A stretch of DNA of 64,000 nucleotides from an uncultured Pseudomonadota bacterium (lineage in GTDB: Bacteria > Pseudomonadota > Alphaproteobacteria > Rs-D84 > CACZYB01). The notes below the pieces were generated by a model. It searched no databases. It worked only from the letters and a program-made list of their open reading frames with translations, and was not told the DNA's origin. Of this stretch, positions 1 through 7,635 are shown piece by piece (position 1 is the first letter of the stretch; every line of letters starts with the position of its first letter). The stretch covers positions 192,001 to 256,000 of the forward strand of contig CACZYB010000001.1 in assembly GCA_902785275.1 (NCBI GenBank), read 5' to 3'. The position numbers were made by a program, and so were the translations under genes.

Positions 1-1
1 A

Positions 2-280
2 AAATGCCATTTAATAAAAGATGAAACACATTCTATTGGAACAATAAATACCTCTTCTGTTTACCCAAGGGAAATTTTAAAACGAGTATTAGAGGTTGGT
101 GCATCAAGCATAATTATTGTTCACAATCACCCAACCGGTGATCCAAAACCATCTACTGCAGATATAAATATAACAAAGAAAATAGAAGAAAGTCTTAAAA
201 CTATTGATGTTACACTTCATGACCACGTAATAGTTGGAAGGGGTAATTATTTAAGTCTTAAAGCTTTCGGAGTTTTATAA
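2..280 (+). CDS. radC: RadC/JAB-domain protein, C-terminal part (truncated by window start)
   Basis: Frame 2 reads ...VYPREILKRVLEVGASSIIIVHNHPTGDPKPSTADINIT...LHDHVIVG...*, the RadC HNHPxG/D/HDH signature. Confidence 0.92.
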   Translation, partial: KCHLIKDETHSIGTINTSSVYPREILKRVLEVGASSIIIVHNHPTGDPKPSTADINITKKIEESLKTIDVTLHDHVIVGRGNYLSLKAFGVL

Positions 281-297
281 AAAAGAAAGGATATATA

Positions 298-2106
298 ATG
301 TTATTCAAAAAAGATAAAAAGAAAAAAACAACAAAAGCCTCTTCTAAACCTAAAAAAGAAACAAGAGCTGTAAAAAAAGCAAAAAAAGTTGTTGAGGCTC
401 CAAAGGTTGAAAAGAAAAAATTAATTAAAACAAATATGAATTTATCCGCATCAGATAACCGTGTTTACTTCGGTGCTCTTGGTGGTATGGGGGATAAAAT
501 TGGTTGTAATCTATATCTTTACGGAACACGTGGAGATTGGATAATTATCGATATGGGTATCGGCTTCCCAACTGAACGTATGGCTGGCGCTGAATATGTT
601 ATTCCGGACTCGACATTCCTTCGTTCAATAAAGGATAGAGTAAAAGCAATCTTGCTTACCCACTCACACGAAGATCACTATGGCGCAATTCCATACATCT
701 GGCAAGAAGTTGGTTGCCCAATTTATGGTACTGCATTCGCCCTAAAAATGTTGGAAAACAAGCTTGCAGAAAATGATCTTATGGGAAAGGTTCCAATGCG
801 TAAAGTATCAAAGGAAGGTGCGCATTTCAAACTTGGTGCATTTGATATTGAATACTTCCACCTAACCCACTCTATTCCACAATCTTGCGGTATAATTTTA
901 AGAACTGAACAGGGTGCAATTCTTCACACCGGCGATTGGAAGTTTGATCCAAATCCACTTATGGATAAACAAAGCGATATGGCAACACTTAAAAAACTTG
1001 CAAAAGAAGGTGTTCTTGCCGTAATGTGCGATTCAACAAATGCTCTTGAATTAAATCACAGCAGAAGCGAAGCCGATGTTGTAACAGAACTTGAAAAAGT
1101 TGTAAAAGGCATCAAATCAGGCAAGGTTGTAATTACTTGTTTTGCAACAAACGTTGTTCGTATGCACAGTATTTTCCACACAGCCCAAGCAACCGGTCGT
1201 AAACTTGTTGTTCTTGGTCGCTCTATGGAAACAATTATTGATATCGCAAAATCTGAAGGCTATATCGAAGATTTCGAATATATGTCCGCTGATGAAGCAT
1301 ACAAATACGACGATGATAAAGTATTATATCTTTGCACCGGAACCCAGGGTGAACCACGAAGCGTTCTAACCCGTGTATCAGAAAACTCTTACACAGATTT
1401 AAAACTTCACGCTGGCGACACTGTAATCTTCTCATCAAAGATTATTCCAGGAAACGAAGAATCAATTTTGAACGTTCAAAACAATCTTTCACGTCAGGGT
1501 GTAAATGTTATCACAACACTTGATAATCCAAACATTCACGCATCTGGCCACGGAAGCAAACCAGAACTTGAACAACTTTACAATTTGTTAAAACCACAAA
1601 TTGCAATTCCTGTTCACGGTGAACCAATACACCTTTTCCGTAATTCAAAGATTGCTACAGAATGCAAAATTCCAAATGTTGAAATAATAAACAATGGTGA
1701 CTTCATCGCCATAGAAGACGGTAAAAAGCCTGTTGTTGTAGAAAAGATTCCAACTGCTGAAATAATCATCGATGGAACACGTCACATCTCTGCAACAAAC
1801 GATGTCTTCTCTGCAAGACGAAAGATTAACTATAACGGTGCTGTTTTCATAAGTCTTATTATGAATAAATCCGGCTTAGTAGGAAAGCCAGAAGTTTCAT
1901 CTTTCGGAATGTTTGAAACAGACTCAACCGGAATGATAAAATCCGCAATTATTGCAGAAATCAAATCTACAATAAAGAACCTATCAAAAAAAGAACTAAG
2001 CCGTGACGATACAGTCCGTGAAATCACAATCGCCAGTGCAAGACGAGTAATCCGTGATTTAATGGATAAAAAGCCACCAATTTCAGTTCACATAGTAAGG
2101 GTATAA
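298..2106 (+). CDS. rnj: Ribonuclease J (metallo-beta-lactamase/beta-CASP) with Lys-rich N-terminal extension
   Basis: LTHSHEDHYGA, HSIP, HTGDWK, GTQGEP, HASGH and PVHGE motifs. Confidence 0.95.
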   Translation: MLFKKDKKKKTTKASSKPKKETRAVKKAKKVVEAPKVEKKKLIKTNMNLSASDNRVYFGALGGMGDKIGCNLYLYGTRGDWIIIDMGIGFPTERMAGAEYVIPDSTFLRSIKDRVKAILLTHSHEDHYGAIPYIWQEVGCPIYGTAFALKMLENKLAENDLMGKVPMRKVSKEGAHFKLGAFDIEYFHLTHSIPQSCGIILRTEQGAILHTGDWKFDPNPLMDKQSDMATLKKLAKEGVLAVMCDSTNALELNHSRSEADVVTELEKVVKGIKSGKVVITCFATNVVRMHSIFHTAQATGRKLVVLGRSMETIIDIAKSEGYIEDFEYMSADEAYKYDDDKVLYLCTGTQGEPRSVLTRVSENSYTDLKLHAGDTVIFSSKIIPGNEESILNVQNNLSRQGVNVITTLDNPNIHASGHGSKPELEQLYNLLKPQIAIPVHGEPIHLFRNSKIATECKIPNVEIINNGDFIAIEDGKKPVVVEKIPTAEIIIDGTRHISATNDVFSARRKINYNGAVFISLIMNKSGLVGKPEVSSFGMFETDSTGMIKSAIIAEIKSTIKNLSKKELSRDDTVREITIASARRVIRDLMDKKPPISVHIVRV

Positions 2107-2192
2107 ATAACTTTTATCGTGGAATTTTTAAACACATTTAAAGAAAAATTCCCCATTTAATAAAATAAAAATAAAAAAGTTAAAAAAAAGAC

Positions 2193-2221
2193 TTGATTTT
2201 ATAGAAAATATAGGTTATAAA
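2193..2221 (+). promoter_or_regulatory. sigma70-type promoter of tRNA-Asn
   Basis: TTGATT-17 bp-TATAAA, 11 bp upstream of the tRNA. Confidence 0.6.
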
Positions 2222-2232
2222 TTACTCACTAT

Positions 2233-2307
2233 TCCGGTGTAGCGCAGTGGTAGCGCAGTTGACTGTTAATCAATTGGTCGTTGGTTCGAATCCATCCACC
2301 GGAGCCA
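2233..2307 (+). tRNA. tRNA-Asn(GTT)
   Basis: TCCGGTG/CACCGGA acceptor stem, anticodon loop CTGTTAA, GGTTCGAATCC T-arm, encoded CCA. Confidence 0.97.
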
Positions 2308-2448
2308 TAAAATCAAACCCCACTTCATGCGGGGTTTTATTTTTTGCTTTGATGAGAGGGATTAAACCATGCAAAGCAGGTTCGGTGAGCATTAGCGAAC
2401 GACGCCGAAGGCGATCCAAAGGACGAGCGAAGCGAGCAATCCATCCAC
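2308..2448 (+). repeat. tRNA-linked ~140-bp module (terminator hairpin + structured GC-rich segment + partial tRNA 3' copy), copy 1
   Basis: TAAAATCAAA-hairpin-TTTGCTTTGAT...TTAAACCATGC...TTCGGTGAG...CGAACG...GAGCAATCC; a diverged copy follows tRNA-Gln; ends in AATCCATCCAC, identical to the tRNA T-arm 3' side. Confidence 0.8.
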
Positions 2449-2507
2449 AAAAAATTTTTCCAACCCTTACACGGACCATCCCAGCGGAAAATCTAAGCAA
2501 AACCTAC

Positions 2508-3269
2508 TTATCTTCCCACTAATCCATTTTTATAAATTTCACAAACTCTATCCAAAGTAGAAACACCCTGTTTAGAACAATCCGGACACATTGGAGGAAA
2601 TCCTCTTAATTTCCTAAATAATCTCTTCTCTGTAATATCACTCATATTTCCATTCATTCTTTGTTGCATAATACAATACGCTACTGTACAATGAGGTCCT
2701 AGTGCTTCTTTAACATTAGATCTATCTCCATTTGTAAAAAATAGAATATGCCCAAATTCGTGTTGAACTACTGTTTGAAAATTAGCTATATCAAATTTAT
2801 TTGTATTCCAAAAGCGATTTGTAGAAATAACACTAAATCCTCCAGGAACTGTTTGGCCAAGACAATAATTACTTGCATTATAAGAATACAAATCATACTT
2901 AGTTAAATAAATACCAAATTGAGGAATTTTTCTGAAATAAGGATCTAACAACAAACAATGACACATCTCATCAACATTTATTTGTTTCGTTGGTTCCCAA
3001 CGTCCCTCTTCAATAGCTTTTTTCTTTGCTTGCTCTATATACCAATCAATACTTTCATAAGGAGTTAAATTAAATTTTCCATTTTCATAAGTACGGTAAT
3101 TTCCTGATTTCCAATTACCTACAATCTTAATAGGAAATCTATCTTTATAATCAGGAAAACAATTCATAACATCTTCTATCGCTTTTTTAGCATAAGAAGC
3201 AAACTCATCCATTCCTTCTTGATTAAAAATTAAAATCTGTCTAATAGCTTCCCGATTATTCTGTTGCAT
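2508..3269 (-). CDS. Putative zinc metalloprotease (archaemetzincin/M54-like)
   Basis: HEFGH followed by HC-x4-CIM and distal CPDC; own promoter TTGACA-17-TATTAT at 3301-3329 (minus strand). Confidence 0.7.
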   Translation of the reverse strand: MQQNNREAIRQILIFNQEGMDEFASYAKKAIEDVMNCFPDYKDRFPIKIVGNWKSGNYRTYENGKFNLTPYESIDWYIEQAKKKAIEEGRWEPTKQINVDEMCHCLLLDPYFRKIPQFGIYLTKYDLYSYNASNYCLGQTVPGGFSVISTNRFWNTNKFDIANFQTVVQHEFGHILFFTNGDRSNVKEALGPHCTVAYCIMQQRMNGNMSDITEKRLFRKLRGFPPMCPDCSKQGVSTLDRVCEIYKNGLVGR

Positions 3270-3336
3270 AATTTTTACCTATTCAAAAACTTCAAATTCT
3301 ATAATAAACAAAATAATACAAAATGTCAATTAGAAA

Positions 3337-3366
3337 AATCCGTCCACCATCCACTCTCCCGAGCCA
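3337..3366 (+). repeat. 30-bp cassette-boundary repeat R1
   Basis: AATCCGTCCACCATCCACTCTCCCGAGCCA. Confidence 0.95.
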
Positions 3367-3476
3367 AGTTAGATAAGCCGTCCGAAAGGGCGGTTTTTTC
3401 ATATAAATTCAAGCATTTAAGCTAGTCCGTGTGACTATTCTTAAAAATATGCAATTCCCAGCATTTACACGGACCA
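3337..3476 (+). repeat. ~140-bp direct repeat, copy A (30-bp repeat + hairpin + GTCCGTGT...ACACGGAC inverted repeat)
   Basis: Nearly identical to 3947-4086. Confidence 0.9.
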
Positions 3477-3613
3477 CCCCGACGAAAAACCTAAGCAAAA
3501 CCTAGCTTTTATTCCAGTATAAATCCACTCACCCAAAATTAAGATTTAAGAATTTATTGAAAAATAAAAACAAAAAATGCTAAAATAAAAAAGGATTCAA
3601 AAGGAGATATAAA

Positions 3614-3946
3614 ATGAAAAAAATATTATTACTATTATTTGTATCAAGTTTATTTAGTTGCACTACCATTACCAAAGATGGAAAAGAATGTTTTAACACT
3701 CAATCATTTGAAGTCCTTCAAGGATTAGAAGGTGGAGCATTAGCTTATGAATGTCCTTGGTATGATAATGATTGTGATTTTAACCCTCTTGTGCATTTAA
3801 CTAGTCCTAAAGATATAGATTATTATGATGAACAAAAAATTACATCCACATCAACAACCTGTTGGATACAAGATGGAGTATATAGATACACAACTAAAAA
3901 CGAAAGAAAAAAAACTGTTCCTAATTTAATTTTAATTGAAAAATAA
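3614..3946 (+). CDS. Small lipoprotein of unknown function
   Basis: MKKILLLLFVSSLFSC lipobox, AGGAG RBS; stop codon abuts repeat R2. Confidence 0.8.
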   Translation: MKKILLLLFVSSLFSCTTITKDGKECFNTQSFEVLQGLEGGALAYECPWYDNDCDFNPLVHLTSPKDIDYYDEQKITSTSTTCWIQDGVYRYTTKNERKKTVPNLILIEK

Positions 3947-3976
3947 AGTCCGTACACCACCCACTCTTCCGAGCCA
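3947..3976 (+). repeat. 30-bp cassette-boundary repeat R2 (start of ~140-bp copy B, to 4086)
   Basis: AGTCCGTACACCACCCACTCTTCCGAGCCA. Confidence 0.95.
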
Positions 3977-4140
3977 AGTTAGATAAGCCGTCCGAAAGGA
4001 CGGTTTTTTCATATAAATTCAAGCAGTTAAGCTAGTCCGTGTGACTATTTTTAAAATTATGCAAATCCCGACATTTACACGGACCAACACAAAAGGAAAA
4101 AAAACTTGCTTTTGTTCAAACTTCGTTCTATATTATTTTT

Positions 4141-4701
4141 ATGATAAAAAAGATTTTAACATTGTTGTTTCTTCTTATATCTTTTCCCGTAATGGTAAGT
4201 GGAGTTCAAACAGACCAATCCGACCATACAAAATCTGAAGAAATATTATCTATTGAAGAATTCAAGTACAATCTTACACATCAGATAAAAGTGCAAATAC
4301 ATTTTTCTATAGATGACGTATTGGGGAATTACTATGAATTTCCTGATAGTAAAAAATTATATTTTACCATATCCAAAGAAAAATCTGGAAAAATAAAGAT
4401 TGATGATTTTTCCCACAAATATACTTTTATTTGCGATATTGATAAAGAAACATATGAAGATATTTACCTGAATTGTGAAAAATTAAATGAAGAATTGGAT
4501 TGGTTTAAATATCCATATATAATTATAAGTAAGATGAAATCAAATCTTATTTCAAATGATAATTATCTTTTTATTATCTATCACCTACTTGGAAAAGAAA
4601 ATTGGGAAGAATTTGATTGTGATGAAAAAGAAAAAAACGAAATATATGATAGAATAAATTGCACAACAATAGAACAATCAGGATATAAAAGGGAGAAATA
4701 A
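4141..4701 (+). CDS. Secreted Cys-containing protein; putative lysozyme immunity protein
   Basis: Signal peptide, 4 Cys, convergent with the lysozyme gene; paralog of 5646..6149. Function is inferred. Confidence 0.6.
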   Translation: MIKKILTLLFLLISFPVMVSGVQTDQSDHTKSEEILSIEEFKYNLTHQIKVQIHFSIDDVLGNYYEFPDSKKLYFTISKEKSGKIKIDDFSHKYTFICDIDKETYEDIYLNCEKLNEELDWFKYPYIIISKMKSNLISNDNYLFIIYHLLGKENWEEFDCDEKEKNEIYDRINCTTIEQSGYKREK

Positions 4702-4717
4702 TCTCCCCCTTCGACTT

Positions 4718-5386
4718 TTATTCTTCTATTGAATGTAACATATTTTTCCGCCATAGATTTCGTTTTATTTGTATATCCGATGAAGAAGATTCGTTGCCTG
4801 CCAAAATCCAATTCTTTTTATTAATAGCCTCAAAAAAATGAGGCCATTTATTTTTATCAGGCTGGAATTTATTTGCCCCCATATTATACTCCATATCCAA
4901 AATAACAAGCTGAGCATTCCTAGGCAAATTATCAAAATCCTTAAACTTTTTTCTAACTGAATTTAAATCACCTTTTAAATGTTCTAATGCAAGAATTTTC
5001 ATTTCTCCATCCATCAATTCAAGAAATCCCCTTTTTGCTTTTCTATCACGCAACATATAAAATTCTGCTTCTTTTTCCTCTGGTGTAGCAAGCCTGTTTT
5101 TATAATATAAAGGTAATTTTTTAAACTTTTCTACATCATTAAACATACTGCCATAACCAATAGTCACATTACCCTTTGTATCTGTATAAGCATTTCTTCT
5201 ACCTCCTTCATGTTCCTCCAATTTATCAAACAAATCCTCTAAAATTTCTTCCACCTCCACAAATTTACATTTACAGTTTGGGTGAAATGGTGGAATATGT
5301 TCTGGTATCTGGTCAAATTTTCCAGCATACTTTTGACATTCTGAACATACACCATCATCACAAATTATCTCAAAAATTTTACTCAT
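4718..5386 (-). CDS. T4-type (GH24) lysozyme with N-terminal MuF-like Cys/His motif
   Basis: E-x8-D-x5-T catalytic triad (HEGGRRNAYTDTKGNVTIGYG), DMEYNMG; N-terminal CSEC...PPFHPNCKC. Confidence 0.85.
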   Translation of the reverse strand: MSKIFEIICDDGVCSECQKYAGKFDQIPEHIPPFHPNCKCKFVEVEEILEDLFDKLEEHEGGRRNAYTDTKGNVTIGYGSMFNDVEKFKKLPLYYKNRLATPEEKEAEFYMLRDRKAKRGFLELMDGEMKILALEHLKGDLNSVRKKFKDFDNLPRNAQLVILDMEYNMGANKFQPDKNKWPHFFEAINKKNWILAGNESSSSDIQIKRNLWRKNMLHSIEE

Positions 5387-5410
5387 TTTCTCTCCTTAAA
5401 TTTAAGTTAA

Positions 5411-5517
5411 TAAAAAAGCCCTTGGTATAAACCAAAGGCAAAAAAAACAGGATAAGCATATATACACTTATCCCATTAGATAAGATCTACTATACCACAA
5501 AATAAAGAACAAGTCAA
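5411..5517 (-). promoter_or_regulatory. Lysozyme promoter and leader containing two tandem terminator-like hairpins
   Basis: TTGACT-17-TATAGT (5489-5517); GGATAAG..CTTATCC+T-run and GCCTTTGGT..ACCAAGGGC+T6 before the AGGAG RBS. Confidence 0.6.
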
Positions 5518-5526
5518 GAACAATTT

Positions 5527-5556
5527 AGTCCGTCCACCATCCACTCTCCCGAGCCA
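5527..5556 (+). repeat. 30-bp cassette-boundary repeat R3
   Basis: AGTCCGTCCACCATCCACTCTCCCGAGCCA followed by TAAAATCAAACCCC, as after tRNA-Asn. Confidence 0.95.
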
Positions 5557-5645
5557 TAAAATCAAACCCCGCATCTGCGGGGCTTTTTTTACATCCAAGC
5601 GGAAAAAAACTTGCTTTTGTTCAAACTTCGTTCTATATTATTTTT

Positions 5646-6149
5646 ATGATAAAAAAGATTTTAACATTGTTGTTTCTTCTTATATCTTTTCCTGTAATGG
5701 CGAAGAATAATATAATTATTGATAATTTTTTGGGGAATTACTATTCTGCACCAACAAGTATTTTACAAAAATTTTCAATTTCAAAAGAAAAAGATAAAAA
5801 GGTTAAAATTGAAATATTCGATATTCCTTTTCATAAAAATAATGAAGTTATTGTTTCTAAGAAAAATATTTTTTTATGTAATACAGATAAAATAACTAAT
5901 ACAAAAATCTATTTAGATTGTGAAGACATACTACCTAAAGAAGACAAAATATCAGAAGAACTTTTTAGATATATCTATGTTATCATAGATACAACAGAAA
6001 AAGGAAGATTCGGTGATTTGAATTATCTTTACTTTTCTTACTATAACTTAGGCAAAAAAGATTATGAAAAGTATGGTTGTGATGAAAAAGAAGAATATGA
6101 TATAAATTGTAGGACTAATTTTAAAGAAGGATATAAAAGGGAGGAATAA
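5646..6149 (+). CDS. Secreted protein, paralog of 4141..4701; putative orphan immunity protein
   Basis: Identical first 18 aa (MIKKILTLLFLLISFPVM); conserved LGK...CDEKE...INC...GYKRE C-terminus; divergent middle. Confidence 0.65.
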   Translation: MIKKILTLLFLLISFPVMAKNNIIIDNFLGNYYSAPTSILQKFSISKEKDKKVKIEIFDIPFHKNNEVIVSKKNIFLCNTDKITNTKIYLDCEDILPKEDKISEELFRYIYVIIDTTEKGRFGDLNYLYFSYYNLGKKDYEKYGCDEKEEYDINCRTNFKEGYKREE

Positions 6150-6161
6150 ACCTCCCCTTAA

Positions 6162-6190
6162 TTATTCTTCAATGGATTGTAACATATTTT
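6162..6190 (-). pseudogene. Lysozyme gene remnant (last ~8 codons only)
   Basis: Minus strand encodes NMLQSIEE* (vs NMLHSIEE* at 4718), fused directly to a copy of the lysozyme RBS/leader (6191-6316, matching ~5392-5517). Confidence 0.85.
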
Positions 6191-6316
6191 TTCTCCTTAA
6201 ATTTAAGTTAATAAAAAAGCCCTTGGTATAAACCAAAGGCAAAAAAAATAGGATAAGCATATATATACTTATCCCATTAGATAAAATCTACTATACCACA
6301 AATTAGAGAACAAGTT

Positions 6317-6346
6317 AATCCGTCCACCACCCACTCTCCCGAGCCA
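6317..6346 (+). repeat. 30-bp cassette-boundary repeat R4
   Basis: AATCCGTCCACCACCCACTCTCCCGAGCCA, followed by a terminator-like hairpin. Confidence 0.95.
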
Positions 6347-6375
6347 TAAAAAATCCCCACACAAAGTGGAGGCTT

Positions 6376-7635
6376 TTATTGATATCTTAACGCTTCTATC
6401 GGATCAAGCTTTGTCGCTTTTAACGCAGGGAATATTCCCGATGCAATTCCAACCACAATAGCCACAGAAAACGAAATTACAACCGTAATCATAGATATTG
6501 GTACAGATTTATTAAGTATAGCTCCTACCACCTGAGATATTCCAATCCCAAGCACCATTCCAACCATACTTCCGATAAAAGAAATCAAAATCGCTTCTAA
6601 CAAAAATTGATAAAGAATATATGAGTTCTTTGCACCAATAGCTTTTCTTATACCAATTTCCCTTGTTCTTTCCGTTACAGATACAAGCATCATATTCATA
6701 ATACCAATGCTTCCAACAATAAGGGAGATAGATGCAATAGATGCAAGCAAAATCGAAAGATATGTACCCACCGATTTCACAGTTTCAACCATCTCGGTCA
6801 TATCATCAACCCTAAAATCATTTTCGGCACCTGGCTTTATCCTACGTGATTCGCGAAGGGCATTTTCAATATATTTCTTTGCCTTATTTATATGCTTATC
6901 ACTATCAACCTGAGCCATAATATAGTTCACACGATTAGGAATATAACTACCCTTAATTCTTCTTCTATAAGTAGAAACAGGCATAATAACGGTTTCATCC
7001 CTATCCATACCACCCATACCTTGACCTTTTGCTTTTAATACACCCTTAACAACAAAAGGAATATTATTTACACGAACAGTTTTTCCAATGGCATTTTCAC
7101 CACCAGGGAAAAGATTCGATTCAATAGTCTTTCCAATAAGGACATAAGCCTGCGCCAATTTTACATCACGATCGGTTAAACCTTCACCTTTTTCAATCTC
7201 CCACTTTCCAGTATCAAGATAATCCGGAGTAGAAGCAACAATCGATGCAACATAATTCTCGTTTCCATAAATTATTTGCGATGTACCATTAACAATAGGA
7301 GAAACCGCCTTTATATACTTAAGCTTTTTTATAACATCGGCATCATTTGTTTTTACAACAGTCTGACCACCACTTTTCACACCAGAAGTAGCAACATATT
7401 CCGGTCTGATAAGCAAAAGATTACTTCCCATTCCGGCAAAACTATCGTTAATCATATTTTGCACAGTCTGACCTGCAGCAACCATAATAACAACAGCACA
7501 AACACCAATAATAATACCAAGGGTTGTTAAAAACGAACGAAGTTTATTCGATTTGATTGAAATCCAAGACTCACGAAGCACCGCACGTGACATATGAATT
7601 TTCTGATCTATAATTTCAACTTGTTTTTCATCCAT
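6376..7635 (-). CDS. MacB-family ABC transporter permease
   Basis: RSFLTTLGIIIGV, GIMNMMLVSVTERTREIGIRKAIGA, LDPIEALRYQ. Confidence 0.93.
   Translation of the reverse strand: MDEKQVEIIDQKIHMSRAVLRESWISIKSNKLRSFLTTLGIIIGVCAVVIMVAAGQTVQNMINDSFAGMGSNLLLIRPEYVATSGVKSGGQTVVKTNDADVIKKLKYIKAVSPIVNGTSQIIYGNENYVASIVASTPDYLDTGKWEIEKGEGLTDRDVKLAQAYVLIGKTIESNLFPGGENAIGKTVRVNNIPFVVKGVLKAKGQGMGGMDRDETVIMPVSTYRRRIKGSYIPNRVNYIMAQVDSDKHINKAKKYIENALRESRRIKPGAENDFRVDDMTEMVETVKSVGTYLSILLASIASISLIVGSIGIMNMMLVSVTERTREIGIRKAIGAKNSYILYQFLLEAILISFIGSMVGMVLGIGISQVVGAILNKSVPISMITVVISFSVAIVVGIASGIFPALKATKLDPIEALRYQ

Larger units (their letters stand above)
2308..6346. mobile_element. tRNA-Asn-anchored array of four gene cassettes delimited by 30-bp repeats; no integrase inside
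   Basis: Four 30-bp repeats ending GAGCCA plus duplicated flanking modules; the array sits between tRNA-Asn and the MacB permease gene. Confidence 0.75.

Noticed and set aside
2247-2522. ORFs 2247..2522 (+) and 2270..2500 (-)
   Set aside because: They overlap tRNA-Asn and its structured trailer; spurious
4718-5386. Prophage lysis module
   Set aside because: No holin, spanin, structural or replication genes nearby
3337-6346. 30-bp repeats as a CRISPR array
   Set aside because: Spacers are 0.6-1.6 kb and contain whole genes; no cas genes; the repeats resemble tRNA 3' ends
2308-6346. Classical integron
   Set aside because: No intI, and the repeats lack the RYYYAAC...GTTRRRY attC palindrome; the cassettes carry their own promoters and lie in both orientations
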